Below, one piece after another: positions 14,866-25,212 of a stretch of 36,739 nt of DNA. Both the position numbers and the translations under genes were made by a program. How positions within the stretch are numbered: the stretch's first letter is position 1; the number at the start of each line of letters is the position of its first letter. Under the pieces are notes generated by a model. The model was not told the origin of the DNA. It searched no databases and saw nothing but the letters and a program-made list of their open reading frames with translations. Location of the stretch: the sequence record DRR723986_5578; one strand, written 5' to 3'.

Positions 14866-14923
14866 TGTTATCCACCAAAACCACCGCAACGGCGGTATCC
14901 ATTTTTATAAATTTGATCGCCGG

Positions 14924-17900
14924 CTAGTCAACCCACACCCGCGCATTGCGGAACATACGCATCCAACCGCTATCTTCACCCTGATCTGCAGGTGCCCAGC
15001 TGTTGGTAACGCTGCGGAATACGCGCTCCGGATGCGGCATCATGATGGTGACACGGCCGTCATTGGAGCTCACGCCGGTAATACCCTGGGGCGAACCATT
15101 GGGATTCGCCGGATACTGCTCGGTAAGCTCACCAGCATTATTCACATAGCGCAGTGCGACATTCCCCGACGCCGCCATCGCCTGAAGCTGCTCAGCTTTC
15201 GCAAACTCAGCACGGCCCTCGCCGTGCGCCACCGCTACCGGCAGGCGCGAACCGGCCATACCGCTTAACAATATGGAGGGCGATTCGGGAATTTCAACCA
15301 TCGCCACCCGCGCCTCAAACTGTTCTGAGCGGTTGCGCACAAAATGCGGCCAGTGCTCGGCACCGGGAATCAGCGAGTGCAAATTCGACATCATCTGACA
15401 GCCGTTACACACGCCCAGCGCGAAGCTGTCTTGGCGGTTGAAAAACTGCTGGAACACATCCCGCGCGCGGGCATTAAACAAAATGCTCTTCGCCCAGCCT
15501 TCGCCCGCACCCAGCACATCGCCGTAGGAGAAGCCGCCACAGGCAGCCAAGCCTTTAAACTCGGCAAGGTCGAGGCGACCGCTGAGAATGTCACTCATGT
15601 GAACATCGACGGCGGCAAAGCCTGCGCGGTCAAAGGCCGCGGCCATTTCCATTTGGCCATTGACGCCCTGCTCACGCAGCACTGCCAGCTTGGGCCGCTC
15701 ACCTCGCTGAATATAGGGCGCGGCGATGTCTTGCTGAGGATCGAAACTCAGATCGACAAATAAGCCGGTGTCGTCCTCGCGCAAGGCGTCAAATTCCTGC
15801 TCGGCGCACTCGGGGTTATCGCGCAGGGCCTGCATACGGTAGCTCAACTCTGCCCAGCGACGGTGCAGCGCCAACCGGTCTGCCAGCAGAATCTCGTCGC
15901 CGTTCAGCGACACCTTAATCTGGCTGCCCAGAACAGGCACACCAATATCCTGAACCAAATCACTGAGGCCGTAATCGGCAAACAGCGCCATCACCGCCGC
16001 CAAATCACTGCGGCGCACCTGAATCACGGCGCCCGCTTCTTCGGCAAACAGCTCAGCTTGCGGCGTCGCAGAACCTTGCAACGCAATATCCAAACCGCAG
16101 TGTCCAGCGAAGGCCATTTCCAACAGGGTAATCAGCAAACCGCCATCAGAGCGATCGTGGTAAGCCAGAATATGGCCTGATTCTAACAAGGCCTGGGTGG
16201 CATTGAAGAAGGCTTTCAACAGTGCGGGATCATCGATATCTGGCGCATCATTGCCCAGCTCGCCGCAAACTTGCGCCAGGCAAGACCCGGCCATGCGGCG
16301 TTGCCCGGCGCCCAGATCAATGGCCAGCAGCAAGCTGTCCTGCGTGGCATCCAGGACCGGCGTCACGGTTTTGCGCACGTCGACCACCGGCGCAAAAGCG
16401 GAAATTACCAGCGACATCGGCGCGGTAACGGCCTTGTCTTCACCGTCGTCCTGCCATGCGGTGCGCATCGACATACTGTCTTTACCCACGGGGATAGTCA
16501 GCCCCAAGGCTGGGCAAAACTCCATACCAACCGCTTGCACTGTGTCGTACAGGCGCGCGTCCTCGTCGCCGTGACCCGCTGCGCACATCCAGTTTGCTGA
16601 CAGCTTGATATCCGACAACTGGGCAATGCGCGTCGCCGCAATATTGGTGATCGCTTCCGCCACCGCCATGCGACCCGATGCCGGCGCATTCACCAGGGCC
16701 AACGGCGTGCGCTCGCCCATCGACATCGCCTCACCCGCGGTGCTGTCGTAACTCACCGTGGTCACCGCGCAGTCGGCCACAGGCACCTGCCAGGGGCCAA
16801 CCATTTGGTCTCGATGAACCATGCCAGTAACCGAGCGGTCACCGATGGTGATCAGGAAGTTCTTGCTGGCAATCGCTGGCAAGCACAGCAGGCGATCCAG
16901 CGACTCTTCAACACTCAGCGCACAGTCGAATGCGGGCTGAACCACGTCACTGCGCTGCGCTTCTCGGTGCATTTTCGGGGGTTTGCCGAACAGTACCGAC
17001 ATCGGCAAATCAACGGGATTGTTATCAAAGTGACGGTCGCCGACACGCAGTGTTTTCTCTTCGGTCGATTCGCCCACTACCGCATACGGGGCGCGCTCGC
17101 GCTCGCAAATGCTTTCGAAGGTCGCCAGGTTTTCCGGCGCAATGGCAATAACATAGCGCTCCTGAGATTCGTTACACCAAATCTCCAATGGCGACATACC
17201 CGGCTCGTCATTGGGGACTTCGCGCAGCTCAAAATTACCGCCGCAGCCACCGTCTTTCACCAGCTCGGGGAAAGCGTTGGACAGGCCGCCAGCGCCCACA
17301 TCGTGAATAAAGGCAATGGGGTTGTTCTCGCCAAGCGCCCAGCAGCGGTCGATCACCTCTTGGCAACGACGCTCTATTTCGGGGTTTTGACGCTGCACGG
17401 AAGCGAAGTCTAGGTCGGCACTGGATGAGCCAGAACTCATCGACGAGGCCGCACCACCACCCAGGCCAATCAACATTGCCGGGCCACCCAGGGCGATCAG
17501 CTTGTAACCGGCTGGGAATTCGTCTTTGACAACATGCTCGGCCTTAATATTGCCGTATCCGCCCGCCAACATAATCGGCTTGTGGTAGCCGCGACGCTCT
17601 TCGCCCTCCGCAGTAACAATATTCTGCTCGTAACTGCGGAAATAGCCGCACAAGTTAGGGCGGCCAAATTCATTGTTGAATGCCGCGCCACCAATTGGGC
17701 CCTCAATCATAATATCCAGGGCCGAGACAATGCGCTCTGGCTTGCCGTAATCCTGCTCCCACGCCTGCTCAAAGCCGGGCACCTGCAAGTTAGACACGGT
17801 AAAACCAGTCAGGCCGACTTTGGGCTTGGAGCCACGACCCACCGCGCCCTCATCGCGAATCTCGCCGCCCGCACCGGTGCCGGCACCGGAGAACGGTGCA

Positions 17901-18811
17901 ATCGCCGTGGGGTGATTGTGCGTCTCCACCTTCATTAGCAGGTGAATATCTTCGTGGTGGAATTGGTACTCCGCCGTTACCGGGTCGGGATAAAAACGCC
18001 CACCGGGGCTACCCACCACAACCGCGGCATTATCCGAATAGGCACTGAGTACATTCTCGCCGCCCAATTCGTTGGTGTTTTTGATCATGGCGAATAGCGA
18101 CTTGTCTTGCGGCTTACCGTCAATGGTCCAACTCGCGTTGAAAATTTTGTGACGGCAGTGCTCAGAGTTGGCCTGCGCGAACATCATCAGTTCAACATCG
18201 CTGGGGTTGCGCTGCAGTTCTTTGAAGCTATCGACCAAGTAGTCAATCTCATCCTCGGCCAGCGCCAGGCCCAGCTCGGCATTCGCCGCCACCAGAGCCT
18301 CGCGCCCACCGGCAAGCACGTCTACGCGCTGCATCGGTTTGGGGGAATGCTGACTAAACAATTGCGCGGCGGCGGGCACCGAGTCTAAAACCACTTCCAC
18401 CATCCGGTCGTGAATAGCCGCCGCCACTGCCGCGCGCTGACTTTCACTAAGCGGTTGCTCACTTTCCAGCCGGTAAAGAACACCTCGCTCCAGGCGGCGT
18501 AGCGTCGTCAAGCCGCTGATATGGGCAATATCACTGGCCTTGCTCGACCAGGGCGATATCGTGCCCGGGCGCGGCACAACAAAAAACTCACTGCCGCTTA
18601 ATTCAGCCGGCGCCGCACCTGAGCCGGGCCCATACTGCAGCAATTGCTCGAGTATTGTCTGCTGTTCATGACTGAGTTCACCCTCCACGTCGGCCAAGTG
18701 CACAAACTGCGCACTGAGTGCCTGTAGCTCCGGAATCGCGGTGCGCAGGGTGGTCAGCAGTTTTTCAATACGGAATTCAGAAAGCGCCGCAGCGCCGGGA
18801 ACGATCAGCAT
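14924..18811 (-). CDS. purL: Phosphoribosylformylglycinamidine synthase (large PurL)
   Basis: [51 protein letters not shown]; 1295 aa. Confidence 0.98.
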   Translation of the reverse strand: MLIVPGAAALSEFRIEKLLTTLRTAIPELQALSAQFVHLADVEGELSHEQQTILEQLLQYGPGSGAAPAELSGSEFFVVPRPGTISPWSSKASDIAHISGLTTLRRLERGVLYRLESEQPLSESQRAAVAAAIHDRMVEVVLDSVPAAAQLFSQHSPKPMQRVDVLAGGREALVAANAELGLALAEDEIDYLVDSFKELQRNPSDVELMMFAQANSEHCRHKIFNASWTIDGKPQDKSLFAMIKNTNELGGENVLSAYSDNAAVVVGSPGGRFYPDPVTAEYQFHHEDIHLLMKVETHNHPTAIAPFSGAGTGAGGEIRDEGAVGRGSKPKVGLTGFTVSNLQVPGFEQAWEQDYGKPERIVSALDIMIEGPIGGAAFNNEFGRPNLCGYFRSYEQNIVTAEGEERRGYHKPIMLAGGYGNIKAEHVVKDEFPAGYKLIALGGPAMLIGLGGGAASSMSSGSSSADLDFASVQRQNPEIERRCQEVIDRCWALGENNPIAFIHDVGAGGLSNAFPELVKDGGCGGNFELREVPNDEPGMSPLEIWCNESQERYVIAIAPENLATFESICERERAPYAVVGESTEEKTLRVGDRHFDNNPVDLPMSVLFGKPPKMHREAQRSDVVQPAFDCALSVEESLDRLLCLPAIASKNFLITIGDRSVTGMVHRDQMVGPWQVPVADCAVTTVSYDSTAGEAMSMGERTPLALVNAPASGRMAVAEAITNIAATRIAQLSDIKLSANWMCAAGHGDEDARLYDTVQAVGMEFCPALGLTIPVGKDSMSMRTAWQDDGEDKAVTAPMSLVISAFAPVVDVRKTVTPVLDATQDSLLLAIDLGAGQRRMAGSCLAQVCGELGNDAPDIDDPALLKAFFNATQALLESGHILAYHDRSDGGLLITLLEMAFAGHCGLDIALQGSATPQAELFAEEAGAVIQVRRSDLAAVMALFADYGLSDLVQDIGVPVLGSQIKVSLNGDEILLADRLALHRRWAELSYRMQALRDNPECAEQEFDALREDDTGLFVDLSFDPQQDIAAPYIQRGERPKLAVLREQGVNGQMEMAAAFDRAGFAAVDVHMSDILSGRLDLAEFKGLAACGGFSYGDVLGAGEGWAKSILFNARARDVFQQFFNRQDSFALGVCNGCQMMSNLHSLIPGAEHWPHFVRNRSEQFEARVAMVEIPESPSILLSGMAGSRLPVAVAHGEGRAEFAKAEQLQAMAASGNVALRYVNNAGELTEQYPANPNGSPQGITGVSSNDGRVTIMMPHPERVFRSVTNSWAPADQGEDSGWMRMFRNARVWVD

Positions 18812-18942
18812 GCAGGTCTAGAACCTCGGTCGACGGGAATAAAGGCCGACATTGTACAGGAATCGCAAGGGAAAATTCAGGCTTATGGTGTGAACTCTGC
18901 AAGCCCGATACAATGATTAAATAATTCTGCGGAGCACAGCGA

Positions 18943-20394
18943 TTGAGGAACACAAAAAACAGTCATTCGTGGCCCTTTCGACGCCTGGGCGTCTGGCTAC
19001 TACTGCTGTTTTGCGGCGCGTGCTCTCCCCCGCAAGATGCCCTGGACACCATCCGCGAGGAAGGCGTTTTGCGCGTATTGACCCGCAACGGCCCAACCAC
19101 CTACTACGAAAGCCAGGGCAACCCCAGCGGTTTTGAATACCATTTGGTTAAAGATTTCGCCGACTACCTGAATGTCGAGCTGGAAATGATCCCAGTGGTC
19201 AGCCTGGACGAGCTATTTGAAAACCTCCACGAAGGTCGCGCCAACCTTGCCGCGGCTGGACTCAGCATTACCCCGGAGCGCAGCGCCGCACTGCAATTCG
19301 GCCCCAGCTACATGAGCGTAAAGCAGCTATTTATCTACAACCGCACGCTTACCGACAAGCCCGCCGATTACGCCGCCCTGCCCGACTTGCGCATTCGTGT
19401 GCTCGGCAACAGCTCACACGCCGAAGTGCTGCGGGAATTGCGCGAGCAGTACCCGTCATTAACGTGGAGCGAAAGCCGCGACCAGGAAACCATCGACCTA
19501 CTTGAGCAACTGCAGCAAGGTGAGATTGATATCACCATGGTCGATGCCAACGAATTTCACGCAAACCGGGCCTTCTATCCAGACTTCCGAATCGCCATGA
19601 GCGCGGGCAAACCGGGCAAACTGGCCTGGGCACTTAGCAAGAATGCAGACAACACCGCCCTCCAGCAGGCGCTTGAAACATTCTTTGAAGAGATCAAGGC
19701 AAACGGCGAGCTGGACCGGCTGATCGATCGCTTTTTTACCTTTAATGAGCGCCAGTCGTTTATTCGCACACAGACCTTTCTCAAGATGAAAGAGCAGCGC
19801 CTACCCAGCTATAAAGGCCTGATCGAGCAGGTCGCCATAGAATACGATATGGACTGGCGCTTTCTCGCCGCCATCAGCTACCAGGAATCCTTCTGGAATC
19901 CCAAAGCAAAATCCCCAACCGGGGTGAGGGGCATGATGATGCTCACCCGCCCCACGGCCAAAGAGTTGGGCGTGGACAACCGCCTGGACCCTCTACAGAG
20001 CCTGCGCGGCGGCGCGCGCTACTACAAGAAACTATATACCCGTCTGCCCAGCGGCATCGAGCCGCCGGACCGCAGCTGGTTTGCGCTGGCAGCCTACAAC
20101 ATTGGACTGGGGCACCTGGAAGATGCCCGCATTCTCACCGAAAAAGGCGGCGGCAACCCGAACCTGTGGAGCGATGTTAAAGAAACCCTGCCGCTACTGC
20201 GACAGCGAAAGTGGTACAAACAAACCCGCTATGGCTATGCCCGGGGCGATGAGCCAGTGCGTTATGTGGAGAATATACGCCGCTATTATTCACTGCTGAC
20301 CTGGGACGAACTGAATCGCTACCGCGTGCCGCCGCCACGTATTGTCTCCGACTATTTACCGGAATCGCTGAACCGGGGTTTGGACGCGCTCTGA
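18943..20394 (+). CDS. mltF: Membrane-bound lytic murein transglycosylase F
   Basis: N-terminal SBP domain plus SLT domain (AAISYQESFW, GVRGMMMLT, ALAAYNIG, YGYARGDEPV); divergent from purL as in many gammaproteobacteria; TTG start uncertain. Confidence 0.92.
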   Translation: MRNTKNSHSWPFRRLGVWLLLLFCGACSPPQDALDTIREEGVLRVLTRNGPTTYYESQGNPSGFEYHLVKDFADYLNVELEMIPVVSLDELFENLHEGRANLAAAGLSITPERSAALQFGPSYMSVKQLFIYNRTLTDKPADYAALPDLRIRVLGNSSHAEVLRELREQYPSLTWSESRDQETIDLLEQLQQGEIDITMVDANEFHANRAFYPDFRIAMSAGKPGKLAWALSKNADNTALQQALETFFEEIKANGELDRLIDRFFTFNERQSFIRTQTFLKMKEQRLPSYKGLIEQVAIEYDMDWRFLAAISYQESFWNPKAKSPTGVRGMMMLTRPTAKELGVDNRLDPLQSLRGGARYYKKLYTRLPSGIEPPDRSWFALAAYNIGLGHLEDARILTEKGGGNPNLWSDVKETLPLLRQRKWYKQTRYGYARGDEPVRYVENIRRYYSLLTWDELNRYRVPPPRIVSDYLPESLNRGLDAL

Positions 20395-20438
20395 GCCGTA
20401 GCGATCAGGCTCGCCCCTGAAGAAAAAACGCTCACACA

Positions 20439-20464
20439 AAAAAGCCGGCATACGCCGGCTTTTT
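20439..20464. terminator. Bidirectional intrinsic terminator between mltF and the crotonase operon
   Basis: AAAAAGCCGGC-ATAC-GCCGGCTTTTT. Confidence 0.88.
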
Positions 20465-20489
20465 ATCGAACGAGATTGACGCGCGTCGA

Positions 20490-21254
20490 CTAGCAACCCT
20501 TCCACTGCGGAGGACGCTTTTCGGCGAAGGCAGTCGCGCCTTCAATAGCATCCTTGCTGGCAAAGACCGGCAAGGCAATATCATTTTGTTTTTTGAACAT
20601 GTCTTCCGATGACCACTCTTCCGACTCGTTCATAATCTGTTTGCTGGCCAATACCGCCATCGGCCCGTTGGCAGCAATTTTATCGGCCAGCTCACGCGCT
20701 GCAGCCAGCGCCGTTCCCGCCTCCACCACGCGGTTTATCAGGCCAAGGTCATAGGCTCGCTGAGCGTCGATGGCATCGCCGGTCAGGGCCAACTCCATCG
20801 CTACCCGGCGAGGAATTTGCCGTGGCAGCTTTAACAAGCCACCCGCCCCGGCAACCAGACCGCGCTTCACCTCGGGAATACCAAACTTGGCGTTACCGGC
20901 GCTCACGATCATGTCGCAGCTAATCGCCAGCTCAAAACCGCCCGCCAACGCGAAGCCCTCGACGGCGGCAATAAGCGGCTTGCGCGGCGGCGCTTCAACA
21001 AGCCCGGCAAAACCGCGGCCTTCAATAATGGGCAGCTCGCCGGTGACGAAGGCTTTCAGGTCCATACCGGAACAAAAGGTTCCCTCCGCGCCGGTGAGTA
21101 TCGCAGCGCGAATCTCATCATTGCTGTCCAGCTCTTCCATTGCGGCGGCAATCCCTTTGGCAACGGCCAAATTGACCGAGTTTTTTGCCTCCGGGCGATT
21201 GATAGTGATCAGCATCACCCCATCTTCAACCGCAACGATAACTTCATTGGCCAT
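20490..21254 (-). CDS. Enoyl-CoA hydratase (crotonase family)
   Basis: FCSGMDLK, AGGFELA and PEVKRG (both catalytic Glu); ATG 21254 after GGGAG RBS. Confidence 0.9.
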   Translation of the reverse strand: MANEVIVAVEDGVMLITINRPEAKNSVNLAVAKGIAAAMEELDSNDEIRAAILTGAEGTFCSGMDLKAFVTGELPIIEGRGFAGLVEAPPRKPLIAAVEGFALAGGFELAISCDMIVSAGNAKFGIPEVKRGLVAGAGGLLKLPRQIPRRVAMELALTGDAIDAQRAYDLGLINRVVEAGTALAAARELADKIAANGPMAVLASKQIMNESEEWSSEDMFKKQNDIALPVFASKDAIEGATAFAEKRPPQWKGC

Positions 21255-21301
21255 AATCCACTCCCTTTCTATCGTTATTATGTGCACGCATGCCGTGCTT
21301 G

Positions 21302-22084
21302 CTACTTACCTTTGAATACCGGCTGGCGCTTTTCCAAAAAGGCGCCGATGGCCTCCGCCGCATCTTCGCTGCCAAGGCAGGTGTTTTGCGAGCGCGCTTC
21401 CGACATAAAGGTTTGCTGAAAACTCTGCGCCGCCGCGCCGCGCAACAGCGCCTTGGTCTCGCGCAGTGCAATCGGCGCTCGCTCGGCCAGCGCTGCCGCC
21501 CACGACTGAGCGTCGCTCAAAACCTTGTCGGCGGCCGCCAGCTTGTTCACCAAACCGAGCTCCAGGCACTGGGCCGCATCCAATCGCCCACCTTCAGCAA
21601 TAAAGGCAAAGGCGCGTTGATAGCCCATGCCACGCAATAAATTCCAGCTGGCACCGCCGTCGGGCACCAGGCCAATATTGGTAAATGCCATCACCATGCT
21701 GCCGCTGTCGGCCATCACCGACAGGTCGCAGTGCATGGCCAGCGCCGCGCCAATGCCAGCCATTACGCCGGGCACTGCCGCAATAACGGTCTGCTCCATT
21801 GAGGCGATCATGGTGAAAATAGGCAGGTACTCATCGAGCAGTTGCCGCTCGACACTCTGACCAGGGCCCGGGCCTTGAGACAAGTCTGCACCGGAGGAAA
21901 ACCCGCGCCCTTGAGCGCCAAGTACCACCACGCGTATAGCGCTGTTCTGGCTGACTTCTTGTAACACTGCCAGCAAGTCACTGCGCATTTCACGGGTGAA
22001 GGCATTGAGCGAGTCGGGGCGATTTAGAAGGATGGTGGCTACCGCCCCCTCGCTACTCAACATTACGGTTTGTCGGTCTGTCAT
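21302..22084 (-). CDS. Enoyl-CoA hydratase/isomerase, PaaG-like
   Basis: LNRPDSLNA, FSSGADL, AGIGAALA, GLVPDGG; lacks the two hydratase Glu, has the PD Asp. Confidence 0.85.
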   Translation of the reverse strand: MTDRQTVMLSSEGAVATILLNRPDSLNAFTREMRSDLLAVLQEVSQNSAIRVVVLGAQGRGFSSGADLSQGPGPGQSVERQLLDEYLPIFTMIASMEQTVIAAVPGVMAGIGAALAMHCDLSVMADSGSMVMAFTNIGLVPDGGASWNLLRGMGYQRAFAFIAEGGRLDAAQCLELGLVNKLAAADKVLSDAQSWAAALAERAPIALRETKALLRGAAAQSFQQTFMSEARSQNTCLGSEDAAEAIGAFLEKRQPVFKGK

Positions 22085-22133
22085 GAATCTCTCCTGATAG
22101 GGCTGGGGTCGCCATCGTCGCGACCCACGGCAC

Positions 22134-23159
22134 TCACGCTCCCTGCTCTACCACCTGAACGCCCATTTGCGCCAGGGGGGCAGTCATACCACCCAGCTGT
22201 TTTGCCTTGTCGTTGGAGGCATTGCCGTCGAGGGCGCGTTTATAAACACCCTGCAAAATGGCACTGAGGCGAAAGAATGAAAAGGCCAGGTAGAATACCC
22301 AATCATCAATGGCACTGATACCGCGGCGCTCACAGTAACGGCGCACATAGTCTTTTTCGCTGGGAATACCCAGTGCTTCGCGGTCCACATCCCCCAAGCC
22401 GGGAATTGCGGCACTGCCAGGCAGGCGCCACTGCATGCACTGGTAGGCGAGGTCTGCATAGGGGTGGCCCAGGGTCGATAGCTCCCAATCCAGCAGCGCG
22501 ATAATATCGGTGCCGCCCTTGGCGAACATCATATTGTCCAGCCGGAAATCGCCGTGCACCAAACACACCTGGCCGTCATCCTCGGGCAAATTCGCCTCCA
22601 GATAACTGATGAGTGTTTCCACCGGCTCCAGGCGCTGGGTTTCACTGGCCCGATACTGCTTGGTCCAGCGGTCCAGCTGCCGGGCGAAATAGTTGCCGGG
22701 CTTGCCGTAGCCGGATAACCCCACAGCCTCGACATCGACATTGTGCAAATCGGCAAGGAGCTGATTCATATTGTCGTACATCGCACTGCGGCGCTCAGGG
22801 TCGAGCTCCGGCAGCGCGGCGTTCCAGTATATGTCGCCGTCGAGGTAGTCCATCAAATAAAACATGGAGCCAATCACCTGCTCATCCTCGCAGAGAATGC
22901 GCATGGTCGGCACAGGCACCTTGCTGCCGGCCAGCGCCGACATCACGGTAAACTCGCGATCCACGGCGTGTGCAGATTTAAGCAGCTTCCCCGGCGGCTT
23001 GCGGCGCAACACATAGGCACCACTTGCCGCATCAATGCGGTAGGTGGGGTTGGACTGCCCACCGGGAAATTTTTCTGCGGTAAGTGGCCCGGAAAACCCA
23101 TCGATGGATGTTTCCAGATAGGCGCATAGCGCGTCGGTATCGAGATCAAAAGCTGCCAT
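22134..23159 (-). CDS. APH-family phosphotransferase (ACAD10/11 kinase domain / LvaA-like)
   Basis: GGQSNPTY, LRRKPPGKLLKSAHAVDRE, HGDFRLDN, LDWELSTLGHP. Confidence 0.9.
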   Translation of the reverse strand: MAAFDLDTDALCAYLETSIDGFSGPLTAEKFPGGQSNPTYRIDAASGAYVLRRKPPGKLLKSAHAVDREFTVMSALAGSKVPVPTMRILCEDEQVIGSMFYLMDYLDGDIYWNAALPELDPERRSAMYDNMNQLLADLHNVDVEAVGLSGYGKPGNYFARQLDRWTKQYRASETQRLEPVETLISYLEANLPEDDGQVCLVHGDFRLDNMMFAKGGTDIIALLDWELSTLGHPYADLAYQCMQWRLPGSAAIPGLGDVDREALGIPSEKDYVRRYCERRGISAIDDWVFYLAFSFFRLSAILQGVYKRALDGNASNDKAKQLGGMTAPLAQMGVQVVEQGA

Positions 23160-23171
23160 ATTCCCTCCTTT

Positions 23172-24404
23172 TTATGCCTCACCGCTAAAGCGGTTGATAA
23201 TCTGCTTGCCCAGCGCCATTTGGTGCACCTGATCCGGGCCGTCGGCCTGGCGGCACCAGCGCGCATAGTTAAAGGCCTCTGCCATCATATAGTCTTCGGT
23301 AAAGCCGCCCGCACCGTGCAATTGCATGCAGCGATCGATCACCGTTTGCACCAGCAAGGGCACCGTGGTTTTCGTTGCGGCAATCATATCCACCGTTGCC
23401 ATGGGGCCCTGCTCGTCGATCAGTTTGCAGGTTTTTAAAATTAGCAGGCGCGCCATTTCTATTTCAGAGAAGCTGCGCGAAATATCCTCGCGAACCGACT
23501 GATGACGGCTCAGCGTGCGGCCAAAGGTGGTTCGCGATACCGCGCGCTGGCAAGCCAGCTCCAGGGAGCGCTGGGCGGCGCCGATCAACCGCATACAGTG
23601 GTGCATACGCCCGGGTGCTAGACGCCCCTGGGCAATTTCAAAGCCGCGACCCTCACCCAGCAACACATTCTCCAGGGGCACGCGCACATCAGTAAAGCGC
23701 ATCTCGGCGTGGCCAACCGGCGCATCATCGTAACCAAAGGTTGTCAGCGGGCGAATAATCTCCATACCCGGCGTCCCTTTGGGCACCAGCACTTGTGTCT
23801 GCTGCTTGTGCCGGCTGGGGTTATCGGGGTCAGATTTACCCATCACAATAAAAATTTGGGTACGCTCGTTCATCGCCCCGGTAATAAACCACTTGCGACC
23901 ATTAAGCACCCATTCGTCGCCATCTTTTTCAATGCGCAGCTCAATATTGGTCGCATCACTGGACGCCACCTGCGGCTCCGTCATGGCGTAGGACGAACGA
24001 ATATCCCCTGCCAACAGCGGCGTTAACCAGCGCTCGCGCTGCGCATCCGTGGCGTATTTCATCAACACTTCCATATTGCCGGTGTCCGGCGCGCTGCAAT
24101 TAAAGACTTCTGCCGCCCACAGCACTCGCCCCATTTCCTCACACAGGGGGGCGTAGTCCAAAAAACTCAGGCCGCCGCACTCACTGTATTGGCCGTACTC
24201 TTCCGGCACAAACAAATTCCACAGCCCGGCCGCCTTGGCCTTGGCTTTTAGCTCGTCCATCAGTGGCATCGGCGCATAGCGATTACTGGCCTCGGCCAGC
24301 TGCTCGGCGTAGGCCTTCTCATTCGGGTAGATATGCGCGTCCATAAAGTCTTTTAAACGCGCCAGCAGATCTTGCGCTTTAGCAGAGGGTCGTAAATCCA
24401 TCAT
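23172..24404 (-). CDS. Acyl-CoA dehydrogenase (ACAD10/11-like)
   Basis: FNCSAPDTGNMEVL, AMTEPQVASSDATN, GRKWFITG, AQGRLAPGRMHH, ADGPDQVH. Confidence 0.92.
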   Translation of the reverse strand: MMDLRPSAKAQDLLARLKDFMDAHIYPNEKAYAEQLAEASNRYAPMPLMDELKAKAKAAGLWNLFVPEEYGQYSECGGLSFLDYAPLCEEMGRVLWAAEVFNCSAPDTGNMEVLMKYATDAQRERWLTPLLAGDIRSSYAMTEPQVASSDATNIELRIEKDGDEWVLNGRKWFITGAMNERTQIFIVMGKSDPDNPSRHKQQTQVLVPKGTPGMEIIRPLTTFGYDDAPVGHAEMRFTDVRVPLENVLLGEGRGFEIAQGRLAPGRMHHCMRLIGAAQRSLELACQRAVSRTTFGRTLSRHQSVREDISRSFSEIEMARLLILKTCKLIDEQGPMATVDMIAATKTTVPLLVQTVIDRCMQLHGAGGFTEDYMMAEAFNYARWCRQADGPDQVHQMALGKQIINRFSGEA

Positions 24405-24446
24405 ATTCTCCTTGGGCCGCAGCCCTGGCCAATGCGGCGTAGGTAA

Positions 24447-25106
24447 TTAGGTATAGGTAATTAAGTGGCGGTCCTGCGGGCGCTCCAAATGGGGAACGCC
24501 ATTGAAGCTGTTTAACTGGTAGCTGCCCGCCTTGCAGAAGTACTGACTGATGCCGGTATTTTTAGCCTGCAAATTCAACTGGATCATGGTGTTTACATCC
24601 AAGGTGAGCACCTCACGCAATATCGCACTGCTCGCCCCACCGGAAGTCACCACCAATACGCGGCCGCGCTGGCTGCCAATTTCCGTCATGGTGTCTCGCA
24701 CCCGCTGTTCAAACTGTTGCCAGCTTTCGCTCACGCCCGCTATTTCATCCCGGCTCCATGCCAGCAGTGCGCGGCGCAGTAAGCGGTAAAAATCGCGGGC
24801 GTCCTTCAGGTCAATGTCTTCGTCGAGGCTGGGTAAATACGCATCAACCAAGGAGTGGAAGTCATATTCGTTTAACCCCGGTAATACGGTGGCCTCGGGT
24901 GTCGTGGCCAACACATCCTTCACGCCAGCCAGCGTTTCGCGGTGGCGGCGCATACTGCCGGTATAGACCGCGTCAAAATGCAGGTCGCGGCCGTGGCAGT
25001 ATTCACCCAGCAAACGCGACTGCTCCCAGCCAACTTCGGTTAAGCGGTCGTAGTCATCGGTGCCAAAGGCTGCCTGACCATGCCGCACGACATACACTTC
25101 GCTCAT
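24447..25106 (-). CDS. Histidine phosphatase (phosphoglycerate mutase-like) family protein
   Basis: VVRHGQA, LNEYD, C-terminal VVTSGG, FNGVPHL. Confidence 0.88.
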   Translation of the reverse strand: MSEVYVVRHGQAAFGTDDYDRLTEVGWEQSRLLGEYCHGRDLHFDAVYTGSMRRHRETLAGVKDVLATTPEATVLPGLNEYDFHSLVDAYLPSLDEDIDLKDARDFYRLLRRALLAWSRDEIAGVSESWQQFEQRVRDTMTEIGSQRGRVLVVTSGGASSAILREVLTLDVNTMIQLNLQAKNTGISQYFCKAGSYQLNSFNGVPHLERPQDRHLITYT

Positions 25107-25141
25107 ATCGCCTCCTGAACATCTAAACGGAGTCTACCCAG

Positions 25142-25197
25142 CCGATAATAATTAAAGAAATTTATTTTTCTTATCGGTTATCATCACCGAAACTTAT
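25142..25197. promoter_or_regulatory. Divergent promoter region with probable LysR operator
   Basis: AT-rich; inverted repeat CCGATAA(25142-48)...TTATCGG(25171-77) and a T-N11-A box ATCACCGAAACTTAT (25183-97). Confidence 0.5.
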
Positions 25198-25212
25198 AGC
25201 AAGGTGAGCGAT

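Noticed and set aside
14599-18388. Many 70-210 aa ORFs overlapping purL/secD
   Set aside because: Alternative-frame or antisense artefacts within intact genes
22134-23159. APH-family kinase as an aminoglycoside resistance gene
   Set aside because: Motifs (GGQSNPT, SAHAVDRE) and operon context match the ACAD10/11-type metabolic kinase
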